Part shown: positions 37,758 to 47,325 of the stretch, piece by piece
Numbering within the stretch: the stretch's first letter is position 1
Layout: every line of letters begins with the position of its first letter
Source: Candidatus Aceula meridiana
Lineage (GTDB): Bacteria; Omnitrophota; Gorgyraeia; Zapsychrales; Aceulaceae
Assembly: GCA_030765185.1 (NCBI GenBank)
Contig: JAVCDE010000015.1
Coordinates: forward strand, 1 to 62,106
DNA length: 62,106 bases
Direction: 5' to 3'
Position numbers and translations under genes: made by a program
Notes under the pieces: model-generated
Told to the model about the DNA's origin: nothing
Seen by the model: the letters and a program-made list of their open reading frames with translations, nothing else
The model's database searches: none

Positions 37758-39041
37758 TTATAAAACAATGATTTTAGAATTCTTTTTTCCTTTATAAGCG
37801 TTGCATGCATCAAAAACATATCGAGCAGAGTCTAGAATCATGCGGTAATTAACGCCGGTGTGTGCAACAGCAATCACAACACAATCAAATTGTTTAATGG
37901 CTTTGCTGTTAAGTTTAATCGATTTTAGATGAAGCGCTCCCATCTCTAAATATGGGATCAAAGGATCAAAATAGCTAACGCTGTGCCCTCTTTTCTTTGC
38001 TGTCTCAATAAATTTAACAGCGGGTGAACGCCGAAGATCTTTAACGTCTTTTTTATAAGTTGCGCCAAGAACTAAAATTTTCTTTACCTTTTTCTTAAAA
38101 AGGCCTTCGACTCTCGTCAAAATATATTCTGGAATCTTTTCGTTAATGTCTGCCGAAAGTTTGATAAATTTAGAACTAACTCCATGATGGCGTGCTTTCC
38201 AAAAAAGATACAAAGGATCATCAGGAATACAATGGCCACCAACGCCCAAGCTTGGATAAAACGGCATAAATCCAAAAGGCTTTGTCTTTGCCGCTTCAAT
38301 AACTTCCCAGATATTAATACCCAGCTTATCACACATCATGGCGGCCTCATTAACCCAGCCAATATTAATAAGACGAAAAGTATTTTCTAAAAGCTTTGTC
38401 ATCTCCGCAGCCCGAGGGGACGAAACCACGTGTACTTTATTAACAATTTTCCTATAAAGTACTTTAGCTAAGCTTGATGATGCTTCGCTTAAACCGCCCA
38501 CCACTTTTGGAATCTTTGTTACAGGATACTTCTTGTTACCCGGATCAATCCTCTCCGGAGAAAATGCTAAATAAAAATCTTTTTCAGATTTCATCCCGCT
38601 TTTTTCAAGCAAAGGCTTAATCAGCTCCTCTGTTGTTCCCGGGTATGTCGTACTTTCCAAAATAATGAGCTTGTCTTTTGTCATAAACTTGCCAATAGTT
38701 TTAACAGCGCTGACAATATAAGAAATATCTGGAGTATATTTCCTCTTCAGCGGCGTTGGAACACAAATCAAAACAACATCAACCTGCTTTAAAAGTGAAA
38801 GATCAGTTGATGCTTGAAATGTTTTTTTTCGAATAAGACTTGTGATATCTTTGACCGCCACGTCTTTGATATAACTTTTTCCTTTTCGAATACGGTCAAC
38901 ACGGCTCTTATTGTTATCAAGCCCTAAAACCATAAATCCTGCCTTGGCAAAACTTACAGCTAAAGGAAGCCCGACGTATCCTAATCCGATTACGGCGATT
39001 TTAGCTTTTTTTGATATAATTTTTCTTTTTAGCTTTTGCAT
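37758..39041 (-). CDS. UDP-N-acetyl-hexosamine 6-dehydrogenase (WbpA/WecC/Cap5O-like)
   Basis: IAVIGLGYVGLPLA, GVGGHCIPDDP catalytic Cys motif, and the UDPG_MGDP_dh C-terminal domain. Start at MQKLKRK just after the rfbB stop. Confidence 0.75.
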   Translation of the reverse strand: MQKLKRKIISKKAKIAVIGLGYVGLPLAVSFAKAGFMVLGLDNNKSRVDRIRKGKSYIKDVAVKDITSLIRKKTFQASTDLSLLKQVDVVLICVPTPLKRKYTPDISYIVSAVKTIGKFMTKDKLIILESTTYPGTTEELIKPLLEKSGMKSEKDFYLAFSPERIDPGNKKYPVTKIPKVVGGLSEASSSLAKVLYRKIVNKVHVVSSPRAAEMTKLLENTFRLINIGWVNEAAMMCDKLGINIWEVIEAAKTKPFGFMPFYPSLGVGGHCIPDDPLYLFWKARHHGVSSKFIKLSADINEKIPEYILTRVEGLFKKKVKKILVLGATYKKDVKDLRRSPAVKFIETAKKRGHSVSYFDPLIPYLEMGALHLKSIKLNSKAIKQFDCVVIAVAHTGVNYRMILDSARYVFDACNAYKGKKNSKIIVL

Positions 39042-39042
39042 G

Positions 39043-39975
39043 CTATTTTTTCTTACAATACCAATCAATTGTCAAATCAAGCCCCTCTTCAAACGAGTAG
39101 CGAGGACGGAATCCAAGTTTTTTAATCTTTTTTGCATCAATGGCATAACGAAAATCATGCGCAGGGCGGTCTTTAACATTTTTAATCATCGACAAAGGCT
39201 TTTTCATTTTCTTAAGAATTTTCTTAGTAAGTGTCAAATTATTTAAATAATTTTCAGCGGCGATATTATAAATTTCTCCAATCTTTCCCTTGTGCAAAAC
39301 CAAATCAATGCCACGACAATTATCTTTAACAAAAATCCAATCGCGAATATTTTGCCCCTTAGCATAAAGCGGCACCTTTTTATTTTTAAGCAAACGCGTA
39401 ATAAAAAGTGGAATAATTTTTTCCGGAAATTGATTCGGCCCAAAATTATTTGAACTTCGCGTGACAACAGCCGAAAGTTTATGCGTCTTAACATAGGACA
39501 GCACCAAAAGATCTGACGCAGCCTTGCTAGCCGAATATGGACTTGAGGGGTCAAGATTATCTGCCTCCGTAAAAAAACCTCTTTTACGGCTACCGTATAC
39601 CTCATCAGTACTGATGTGGACAAATTTCTTAACACAGTTTTTAACAGCTGCCTCTAAAAGGACATGTGTTCCCACAACATTTGTCTGAACAAAATCACCA
39701 GAACTTTTGATTGAGCGGTCAACATGACTTTCAGCAGCAAAATGAACAATCCAATCGCAACCCTCAGTCACCTTCTCAATAATTTTCTGATTACAAATAT
39801 CAGCTTTAACAAAACGATAATTTTTACAATTCTTTATTTCTTTTAAATTCTTTAAATTGCCAGCATAAGTGAGCTTGTCGACGTTGATAATTTTATAACG
39901 CGGATATTTCTTAATTAGATATTTGATAAAATGGGAGCCAATAAATCCAGCTCCACCTGTAATAACAATTTTCAT
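39043..39975 (-). CDS. rfbB: dTDP-glucose 4,6-dehydratase
   Basis: [43 protein letters not shown]. Confidence 0.8.
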   Translation of the reverse strand: MKIVITGGAGFIGSHFIKYLIKKYPRYKIINVDKLTYAGNLKNLKEIKNCKNYRFVKADICNQKIIEKVTEGCDWIVHFAAESHVDRSIKSSGDFVQTNVVGTHVLLEAAVKNCVKKFVHISTDEVYGSRKRGFFTEADNLDPSSPYSASKAASDLLVLSYVKTHKLSAVVTRSSNNFGPNQFPEKIIPLFITRLLKNKKVPLYAKGQNIRDWIFVKDNCRGIDLVLHKGKIGEIYNIAAENYLNNLTLTKKILKKMKKPLSMIKNVKDRPAHDFRYAIDAKKIKKLGFRPRYSFEEGLDLTIDWYCKKK

Positions 39976-39987
39976 TTTCTTTAATTT

Positions 39988-41310
39988 TTAAACGCTTGCA
40001 GTTCCTATGCCGAAATATTCAAATCCCAGCTTTTCAAGCTGTTTTTTATCATAAAAATTTCGGCCGTCAAAAATAAGCGCATGGTTCATAAGTTGATGAA
40101 TTTTCCTAAAATTGAGCTTTTTAAACTCTTCCCACTCGGTCAAAAGTAAAAGACAATCAGCCCCTTTAGCGACTTCATAAGCATCTTTGACAAACTTTAC
40201 AGATTTTAAAACTTCCTTAGCTTTTGGCATAGCCTGCGGATCATAGGCTTTTATTTTTGCCCCCTCTTTTTGTAGAGCTCGAATAATATCCAATGAAGGA
40301 GCATTGCGCATATCATCGGTATTCGATTTAAATGAAAGGCCTAAAACACCTATGGTCTTATTTTTAACAATCCAGAGGCTTTCTTCGATCATCTTTACAA
40401 AAGATTTCTTCTGATTCTCATTGACGTTTCTAACTTCTTTCAAAAGATCAAAGTCATACCCGCTTTTTTGACTTAAATGAACAAAAGCATCGACATCTTT
40501 TGGAAAACAACTTCCTCCATATCCTATCCCCGAAGATAAAAATTCTTTACCAATTCGCTTATCAAACCCCATGCCCTCGGCAACCTCAAGAACATTAGCA
40601 CCTACACGATCGCAAATCTGTGAAACAGCGTTGATAAAAGAAATCTTTGTTGCTAGAAATGAATTCGAAGCATGCTTGATAATTTCAGCAGAATTCATAT
40701 CCGTTACAATCAATCGTGCCTTTAAAGGCTTATAAACATCACGAAGCATCTTCTCAGCTCTTTTCGACTGAACACCAATAACAATGCGGTCAGGATTCAT
40801 AAAGTCTGTAATAGCCGATCCCTCTCTTAGAAATTCAGGGTTTGAGGCTACATCAAAATCAATACGCTTAGTCTTTTTATTTTTATTTCTTTTTGACAAC
40901 GTCAGATTGATTGCACGCTCAATACGCTTTCCAGTCTGAGCCGGAACCGTAGACTTTTCTACAATAACTTTATAAGAATCCATGCCCTCAGCAATTTCGC
41001 AAGCAGCCTTCTCAACATAAGTTAAATCTGCATCACCATCTTTTCTAGAAGGTGTCCCAACTGCAATAAAAATAACGTCAGCCTTTTTAGAAGCCTGCGT
41101 AACCGATGTTAAAAAAGAAAGCCTTTTTTTGCGAACATTTGATTTTAATAAAAATTCTAGGCCCGGTTCATAAATCGGTGACTTCAATTTTTTAAGGAGC
41201 TTAATCTTTTCAGCATTATTATCTACGCAGGTGACCTTGTGTCCAATTTCTGCCAAGCAAACTCCGGTCACAAGCCCGACATAGCCAGATCCAATAATGG
41301 CAATGTTCAT
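39988..41310 (-). CDS. ugd: UDP-glucose 6-dehydrogenase
   Basis: MNIAIIGSGYVGLVTG, GYGGSCFPKD catalytic Cys motif, FDGRN C-terminus. Confidence 0.85.
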   Translation of the reverse strand: MNIAIIGSGYVGLVTGVCLAEIGHKVTCVDNNAEKIKLLKKLKSPIYEPGLEFLLKSNVRKKRLSFLTSVTQASKKADVIFIAVGTPSRKDGDADLTYVEKAACEIAEGMDSYKVIVEKSTVPAQTGKRIERAINLTLSKRNKNKKTKRIDFDVASNPEFLREGSAITDFMNPDRIVIGVQSKRAEKMLRDVYKPLKARLIVTDMNSAEIIKHASNSFLATKISFINAVSQICDRVGANVLEVAEGMGFDKRIGKEFLSSGIGYGGSCFPKDVDAFVHLSQKSGYDFDLLKEVRNVNENQKKSFVKMIEESLWIVKNKTIGVLGLSFKSNTDDMRNAPSLDIIRALQKEGAKIKAYDPQAMPKAKEVLKSVKFVKDAYEVAKGADCLLLLTEWEEFKKLNFRKIHQLMNHALIFDGRNFYDKKQLEKLGFEYFGIGTASV

Positions 41311-41336
41311 TTTCTTATTTTCTCCTTAAACTATTT

Positions 41337-43820
41337 TTAATCAGTTCCGACTTTTCGTCTATTAAAACTTGTGCTAAGTAAATCCAAAACCATGTCCGGG
41401 AAGGCTTTGACGCGGAAAACAACCCATATTTCACTTCCACTACTTTTTGTTTGACTGAAACTAACATCTGCCTCCCAACAATGCAAATCACGTGTGATAG
41501 TATATTGATGTTCTTCAAAATTACCGCCGTCAAGATTAAAACGCCCATAAACAGAAAATTTCCATTTTGGATTAATTCGATAAGACCATTGCGATGTAAG
41601 TTCATCATCGCTATCTCGATGATATCTCTTCCCAACGCCAAACGTCCATTTATCCTCTTCTTGACTTTTAATAAATATCTCTTGGTTCGAAGAAATAAGA
41701 TGCTCTTGATTCGCGCTATATTCTGTATCTGAGAAGAAAGTTAGCCAATCTGCCGGACGAAACTCAATATCTGACTTAACCGTATTAAAACTTCCAGAGC
41801 CGGGGTCTTCTTTAAGCAAAAAGTCACTCGTTAAAGAAACTAAAAGAAGGTCAACTGTTTTATCGTCCCTCTTTGTTTGAAAACGATTGTCCAGCGTAAA
41901 ATCAATCTTATGCGATCGCTGAATATCATCAATACCGGCATCAAATAAATCAATGTTAGTGTACGACAACGAAGGCTCATGTACATAGCTATAAGCAACC
42001 GTTGGCGTAATAATATGCCGTAGCCGATTAAAATCAATACCCCAAAAACTTCCCTTTGTATCAAGCGTTTTATAAAACTTCGTACTAACTTCAGCTCCTG
42101 TTTCAAAGATGGTGCGTGTTGTATTATATTTTGAAGGGCTTTTAGTTTTACTATAATATGTAGCCCTCTCTCCAACATAAGGAACCAAGTCAAAAATGCC
42201 GAGCCTAACCGGATAAGATATTCTATTTTTAGAATCAATGCGATGGGTATTCTTTCGAACCTCAGAAGGTGAAGCATCCGGATACGAAAGATTAGAATAA
42301 AGATTAGTGCTTTGAAAATAAAGATTTGTCTTGCCAACTTCTTGGCTTAGAAAATCATATCCAATTTGAGGTAATCTTTCAACGCTAGAAACAAAACGGT
42401 TAATGCGCTTATCGGTTCTAAAACTAAAAACCCCCTTATCAAAGCTTTTAGTAAACAAAAAATATGTCTCAGGGTTTGGATCCTTATCGTATTCTCGTTC
42501 AAAATAATCTTTTAAGAATTCGCTATCACTAAGCTTGTAGTACTGCCAAATTGCACGCGTCGTAGAATCAATCTTCCAATTATGACGCCACTCCGCCTTA
42601 AACCGTTCTCGCTCAATGGTCGGAGACGGTCGCTCTTCCCACCAACGTTTCGAAGTAATATTTCGCTCATTCATATAATAAAGCTTAACAAGGCCTTCAC
42701 CATAATTAGGAACTTTGTAAAAAGTATCTATTCCAGAAGCCACATCTTTCTTCTCTCTAAAATCAACACGAAGATTACCTTTAAAGTTCTCATTAAAGAA
42801 ATACCGCCAGGACGTCAACAAGAACATGCCCCATTCTTTGTCATAACCCGGAGTCAAAAGGAGCTTAGGCTTGCTGTCTTCCATCATTTTTGAATATTGA
42901 GGAAAATAAAAGATCGGCACCTTCCCAATCAAGAACGTAAGATTTTTGGCGACAATCTTATCTTTTGGATAAACTTCAATATTCTTAGCGTTAAGCTTAT
43001 AGTGCGGCTTGTCTAAATCACATGTTGTCATGTATCCTTGCTGCATTTCAATTTTGTTTTCACCCACTTTTTCAATTTTGCGCGCACCTCCATAATATGG
43101 TTCAGAAGTAATCTTTGCCTCCGAAAAAGATCCTGTCATAGTCTCAAAATTAAAGGTAAGTTCATCACCGCGAATTTTTCCTTGAGGGTTCGTTAAAACA
43201 ACATGTCCTTGCGCCACAGCAGTTTTTGCAAGATGAAAGTATTCTACGTGGTCGCATTCAAGCTTGACATCTTCTTTGGAAATAACAACATTCCCGTCAA
43301 TAATGGCCTTATTTTCATCTTGCAAGAATTCAACAGTATCTCCATCAATCTCAACAGGCTTAACAAAATCCTCTTCATTAATATCTTGATTTATTTCTTG
43401 GGCGGGAGTCTCAGCAGGAACCTCTTCCTTCTTGACAATAGGCTCAGGATCTTTTTCCTCAACAACAAGCTCAGATTTTTCTAAGGCAGACTCAAAGGGG
43501 TCCTTAGCCTCAGGCTCAAGGACAGGCTCTTCAACTTCTAAAATCTCTTCTTGTTGAAACTTTTTCTTCGAGGCAATGACTTCGGCCTCTAGATCTGCAG
43601 CGCTTTCTGATTCTATAATTGGAGCAGAATCTGAGACATCCTCAGATGCCTCTGCGTCAGGGCGGCCAGAGGGTCCTCCGGTATACTGGGCAAGGCCTAT
43701 CTTTGGAAAGACAAAATAGACTAGCAAAAAAGTAAAACTAAAGATGGCAAATAAGGGTTTATTTCGCACGAAACTTGATTTCCTCTTCAACCAGGGCCTG
43801 CGCTCCGATGATGCCGGCAT
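41337..43820 (-). CDS. lptD: LPS-assembly outer-membrane protein LptD (OstA)
   Basis: Signal/anchor segment and an acidic linker of about 100 aa. OstA-N jellyroll (VEIDGDTVEFLQDENKAIIDGNVVI..GDELTFNFETMTG), then a large beta-barrel rich in aromatic-terminated strands. The ATG at 43820 overlaps the ROK gene by 62 nt; an in-frame GTG at 43769 is an alternative start. Confidence 0.75.
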   Translation of the reverse strand: MPASSERRPWLKRKSSFVRNKPLFAIFSFTFLLVYFVFPKIGLAQYTGGPSGRPDAEASEDVSDSAPIIESESAADLEAEVIASKKKFQQEEILEVEEPVLEPEAKDPFESALEKSELVVEEKDPEPIVKKEEVPAETPAQEINQDINEEDFVKPVEIDGDTVEFLQDENKAIIDGNVVISKEDVKLECDHVEYFHLAKTAVAQGHVVLTNPQGKIRGDELTFNFETMTGSFSEAKITSEPYYGGARKIEKVGENKIEMQQGYMTTCDLDKPHYKLNAKNIEVYPKDKIVAKNLTFLIGKVPIFYFPQYSKMMEDSKPKLLLTPGYDKEWGMFLLTSWRYFFNENFKGNLRVDFREKKDVASGIDTFYKVPNYGEGLVKLYYMNERNITSKRWWEERPSPTIERERFKAEWRHNWKIDSTTRAIWQYYKLSDSEFLKDYFEREYDKDPNPETYFLFTKSFDKGVFSFRTDKRINRFVSSVERLPQIGYDFLSQEVGKTNLYFQSTNLYSNLSYPDASPSEVRKNTHRIDSKNRISYPVRLGIFDLVPYVGERATYYSKTKSPSKYNTTRTIFETGAEVSTKFYKTLDTKGSFWGIDFNRLRHIITPTVAYSYVHEPSLSYTNIDLFDAGIDDIQRSHKIDFTLDNRFQTKRDDKTVDLLLVSLTSDFLLKEDPGSGSFNTVKSDIEFRPADWLTFFSDTEYSANQEHLISSNQEIFIKSQEEDKWTFGVGKRYHRDSDDELTSQWSYRINPKWKFSVYGRFNLDGGNFEEHQYTITRDLHCWEADVSFSQTKSSGSEIWVVFRVKAFPDMVLDLLSTSFNRRKVGTD

Positions 43821-44697
43821 TAGGCCCTAGGTTTGATTTCTTTATCTTAACCATTTTCCCTTGAACGCGCATGGCTCTTTTTTGAATTGTTTCTAGCATG
43901 GGACCGCTAATATGAGCATAGGCATTGGCAACGCCTCCCCCGACAACAATACAACTTGGGTTCAAAACATTAACAACACCTGTCAATCCAATGCCAATTT
44001 GTTCGCCGACTTGCTGCCAAAACTGAACTGCTTTTCGGTTGCCCTGGCAAGCCAACTTAGATACATCTTCTAACGAAAAATCCCTTTTCTTAAAAATTCT
44101 TTTGGCTTTTTGCAGCAGATATCGGTTCCCAACTAACGTTTCTAAACATCCATTGCCGCCACAATTGCACTTTCTTCCTGCTTGCTGAACAGGAATATGT
44201 CCGATTTCACCTGCGGCAAAACCTTCTCCGCGATACATCTTGTTTTTAATAACCAGTCCCCCCCCAACTCCAGTTCCCAAAGTAATACAAATCATATTTT
44301 CCTTACCTTTGCCAGCTCCTTTTTTCCATTCGCCTAAAGTAATGACATTCACATCGTTATCAATAAAAACAGAGACACGTAATTTCTTTTCAATGATCCT
44401 TTTAAGAGGAACATTCTTCCATCCTGGAATATTCGTTAAAGAATAAACAATACCCTCTTTTGCATTAATCAAGCCGGGCAATCCGATTCCAATACCACGA
44501 AGATTTTCCTTCGATAGTTTGTTCTTAGCAATAATCTCCTCACAACCTCGAACCAATTTATCAATAAGCTTTTCTTTGTGGCTAATGCATTCTTTGGTAG
44601 ACAAATGGCTCCTATCAACAATTTTGCCTTTTTGATCAACAAGGCCAAATTTGATATTTGTTCCACCTACATCAATACCTAAAACAAATTGTTTCAT
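43759..44697 (-). CDS. ROK-family sugar kinase (glucokinase-like)
   Basis: GIDVGGTNIKFGLVD ATP motif, GTGVGGG, and the zinc motif GHI..CNCGGNGCLE. Confidence 0.75.
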   Translation of the reverse strand: MKQFVLGIDVGGTNIKFGLVDQKGKIVDRSHLSTKECISHKEKLIDKLVRGCEEIIAKNKLSKENLRGIGIGLPGLINAKEGIVYSLTNIPGWKNVPLKRIIEKKLRVSVFIDNDVNVITLGEWKKGAGKGKENMICITLGTGVGGGLVIKNKMYRGEGFAAGEIGHIPVQQAGRKCNCGGNGCLETLVGNRYLLQKAKRIFKKRDFSLEDVSKLACQGNRKAVQFWQQVGEQIGIGLTGVVNVLNPSCIVVGGGVANAYAHISGPMLETIQKRAMRVQGKMVKIKKSNLGPNAGIIGAQALVEEEIKFRAK

Positions 44698-44734
44698 GAG
44701 AAGTTATTTTACCTGAAAAAGGTAAGATATTCAA

Positions 44735-44870
44735 CCCGGATTTTATATTTAACAAAATCCGCCCAAAGGGCCGCAGCGTCGCAACTTGTTGCAAATTGAG
44801 GGGTTAACCCCGCCAAAGGCGTTTTAAAATAGAATCTTTTTCCGGAAAAGAACATTTAAAGAAATTCTAT
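44735..44870. repeat. GC-rich multi-hairpin intergenic repeat, family 2, copy 2 (ROK-kinase/lptD leader)
   Basis: GGATTTT-N9-AAAATCC, GCCC-AAA-GGGC, GCAA-CTTG-TTGC, and the GGGGTTAACCCC palindrome, then ATAGAAT..ATTCTAT. Homologous to 14086-14200. Confidence 0.7.
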
Positions 44871-45016
44871 TTTAAAATTCGGGTTCAATAAAATGTCTTA
44901 AATTTCATTACAGATATAAGTTATTTATCCTTATATATTTATGAAATTTATAAACAAAAAAAATACAAAAATACTAAGAATAAATATATATATAAATATT
45001 TATATGCATCTTTATC

Positions 45017-46039
45017 TTATTTTGATTTGTAGACTCCGAAGGCTGTCACACAATTTCGGCCGCGCTTCTTTGAGCGATACAATGCCCAATCTGCCTTGTC
45101 AATTAACTCCATGGAAGACTTTCCATCAGCCGGAAAGCATGAAATGCCAAGGCTTACGGTAACTTTTGCAGTTGTGTCATAGGCCTCAATAACAGCCTCC
45201 TCGATAGCCTGACGGATACGCTCGGCAACAAAAAATCCACCCTCGTTGTCTGTGTCTGGCAAGACAACCGAGAATTCTTCTCCGCCATAGCGCCCGGCAT
45301 AATCAATCTCACGAACATTTTCTTGAATCAAAAAACTTACAGCCTTTAAAATTTTGTCGCCAACGAGATGGCCATAATTATCATTGAAGCTTTTAAAACG
45401 ATCGACATCAATCATTAAAAAAGATAATGGGATTTTCTTAATAGTGGCACGCTGGAGCTCTTCCTCGAAACGCTCAAGAAGATACCGACGAGTGTGGATG
45501 CCTGTTAGACTATCTGTAATTGCAGCCTGCTCAATCTCCTGGTAAAGAATAATTCGCCTTAAAGCCAGCCCAAACTGCTGCGCAAGAATAATAAACTTAT
45601 CTTTGTCTTGCTCTCGCAATCCCTTAATAATAATATTTCCTAAAATCCGTTTTCGTCCTTGAAGAGGAAAAATAAAATAGTCTTTAGAATCAGGTATTTT
45701 TTTGCGTCGATCACCCTCGGCGTGAATAAGACGACAATCTTCAAAACTAACTTTCTCTTTAAGGGTTGCGCGAAAAACCTCAAAAGCTTCTTGCTCATAT
45801 GACTTTTTACTGATTTCTTTGGTAATGTCGTAAAGCGTAAAAATATCTGAAGCCTCCTGCTCAGCAAATTTCTTTTCTTCAGAAATTTTCTCCTTTTCTT
45901 GAGCAAGGCGGACAACATCCTCCTTCAAAACAGCTAAAGATTGCTTGTTGTCATTCTGAACCTGCTCTGTAATGTTTCGAGCAAAGTAAAACATAAAAAG
46001 AATAAAAACAACAATAAGAAGACTCATCAAAAGCAACAT
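45017..46039 (-). CDS. Diguanylate cyclase (TM + coiled-coil/sensor + GGDEF)
   Basis: LTGIHTRRY, MIDVDRFKSFND, the RYGGEEF active site, and an RxxD I-site (REID) five residues upstream. Confidence 0.8.
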   Translation of the reverse strand: MLLLMSLLIVVFILFMFYFARNITEQVQNDNKQSLAVLKEDVVRLAQEKEKISEEKKFAEQEASDIFTLYDITKEISKKSYEQEAFEVFRATLKEKVSFEDCRLIHAEGDRRKKIPDSKDYFIFPLQGRKRILGNIIIKGLREQDKDKFIILAQQFGLALRRIILYQEIEQAAITDSLTGIHTRRYLLERFEEELQRATIKKIPLSFLMIDVDRFKSFNDNYGHLVGDKILKAVSFLIQENVREIDYAGRYGGEEFSVVLPDTDNEGGFFVAERIRQAIEEAVIEAYDTTAKVTVSLGISCFPADGKSSMELIDKADWALYRSKKRGRNCVTAFGVYKSK

Positions 46040-47325
46040 ACGCGGTTTCGTCCTTTTCGTTTTGCTTGGTACATAGATTCATCAGCTTTTTGAATAAGCT
46101 CTTCCTTAATCTGAGCATCCGTTGGGAAACAAGCGATGCCGATCGAAACAGTAATATTTGTTTTTTCTCGGCGTAAAACGATTTTTTGCTCGGAAATAGT
46201 TTTTCTTAACGACTCGGCTAGCTCTTTAGCTTGCTCTTTTGAACAATCCGGCAAAAAGATAACAAATTCCTCTCCTCCATAACGGCAGACAATATTGCCA
46301 GGCTTATCAAACATTTTCAAAAGAATATCTCCTAAAGCTTTTAAAACAATGTCTCCAGCGATATGGCCGAACTTATCATTGTATTTCTTAAAATGATCAA
46401 GATCAATCATCAGAAGAGAAAGCTCTTGCTTACGGCGAAGCTGCCGAGGCAGTTCCTCACTCATGCGCTCTAGAAGAAAACGTCTTAGATGGAGACCCGT
46501 TAAGCCATCTTTCATCGCAAAATTTTGAATACGTTCATAAAGCTGCGCGTTTTCAATAGCCGCAGCTCCTAAATCTGCTATCGTCGATAAAAAACGTAAA
46601 TCTTCTGCTGAAAAACGGTCTTCCTGAGGGTTATCTAGGTGTAGAAGACCAAAAACACGCATTCCCACCATTAGAGGTGCAATCATAACTGAACGCCGTT
46701 GGCGATCCTTTTGCAATTCATCAATCTTCTCGATATCAAAACGAAAGTCACGATCTGAATCTGTGATAAGCAGAGGCTTCAGATTTTTAATAACCCAATG
46801 GTCAAATAGATCACCATTCTTAAATTTAATATTTATTTTTGACTCTATTCGCCTTGCTGCCATCATCTCTAAATCACTGGTCTTCGGATCTACAAGATAT
46901 AAGATAGTCGTTGTATCCCCTCGCCCGAATAAAGCCATAACCTCATCGGCGAGAATATCTGCAGCATTTTTACATGAAGAGCATTGGCTCAATTTTTCAG
47001 CAACAGCTTTAAGCTTGGTGTAGCCGCCGATTCTTTCGCGGAAAGAAGATAAAGCAACTTTTTCTTTCTCGATATCAAGAGACAAAAGATTTAGTTGTTC
47101 GCTATAATCTTCCTTCTGAAGATTGATATCCGTCTGAGAAAGAATTAATTGCTTGCGGAAAAAAAGAAGAACAAAGACAACAATAAGATTGGAAAAAACG
47201 ATGATAACAAAGAATTGGGAAGAAAACTTAAGGGCGTAGAAAAAAAATCCTACCAACAAAACCAACAAGATGGTAATAGGCAGGATATTCGAGTTAGATA
47301 ATAGTTTTTTCGGTTTCTTTATCAA
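46027..47325 (-). CDS. Diguanylate cyclase (2 TM + GAF + GGDEF)
   Basis: GAF-like region (SVMIAPLMVGMRVFGLLHLDN), LTGLHLRRF, MIDLDHFKKYND, RYGGEEF. No RxxD I-site. Confidence 0.8.
   Translation of the reverse strand: MIKKPKKLLSNSNILPITILLVLLVGFFFYALKFSSQFFVIIVFSNLIVVFVLLFFRKQLILSQTDINLQKEDYSEQLNLLSLDIEKEKVALSSFRERIGGYTKLKAVAEKLSQCSSCKNAADILADEVMALFGRGDTTTILYLVDPKTSDLEMMAARRIESKINIKFKNGDLFDHWVIKNLKPLLITDSDRDFRFDIEKIDELQKDRQRRSVMIAPLMVGMRVFGLLHLDNPQEDRFSAEDLRFLSTIADLGAAAIENAQLYERIQNFAMKDGLTGLHLRRFLLERMSEELPRQLRRKQELSLLMIDLDHFKKYNDKFGHIAGDIVLKALGDILLKMFDKPGNIVCRYGGEEFVIFLPDCSKEQAKELAESLRKTISEQKIVLRREKTNITVSIGIACFPTDAQIKEELIQKADESMYQAKRKGRNRVCCF

Noticed and set aside
41315-41641. 108-aa ORF overlapping the 3' end of lptD on the same strand
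   Set aside because: It is out of frame with the strongly supported LptD barrel. It has no recognisable motif or ribosome-binding site, and it would leave no room before ugd.
44941-45162. 73-aa plus-strand ORF starting in the AT-rich intergenic region
   Set aside because: It starts in near-pure A/T sequence and then runs antisense into the GGDEF gene's conserved C-terminus. It shows no coding features.
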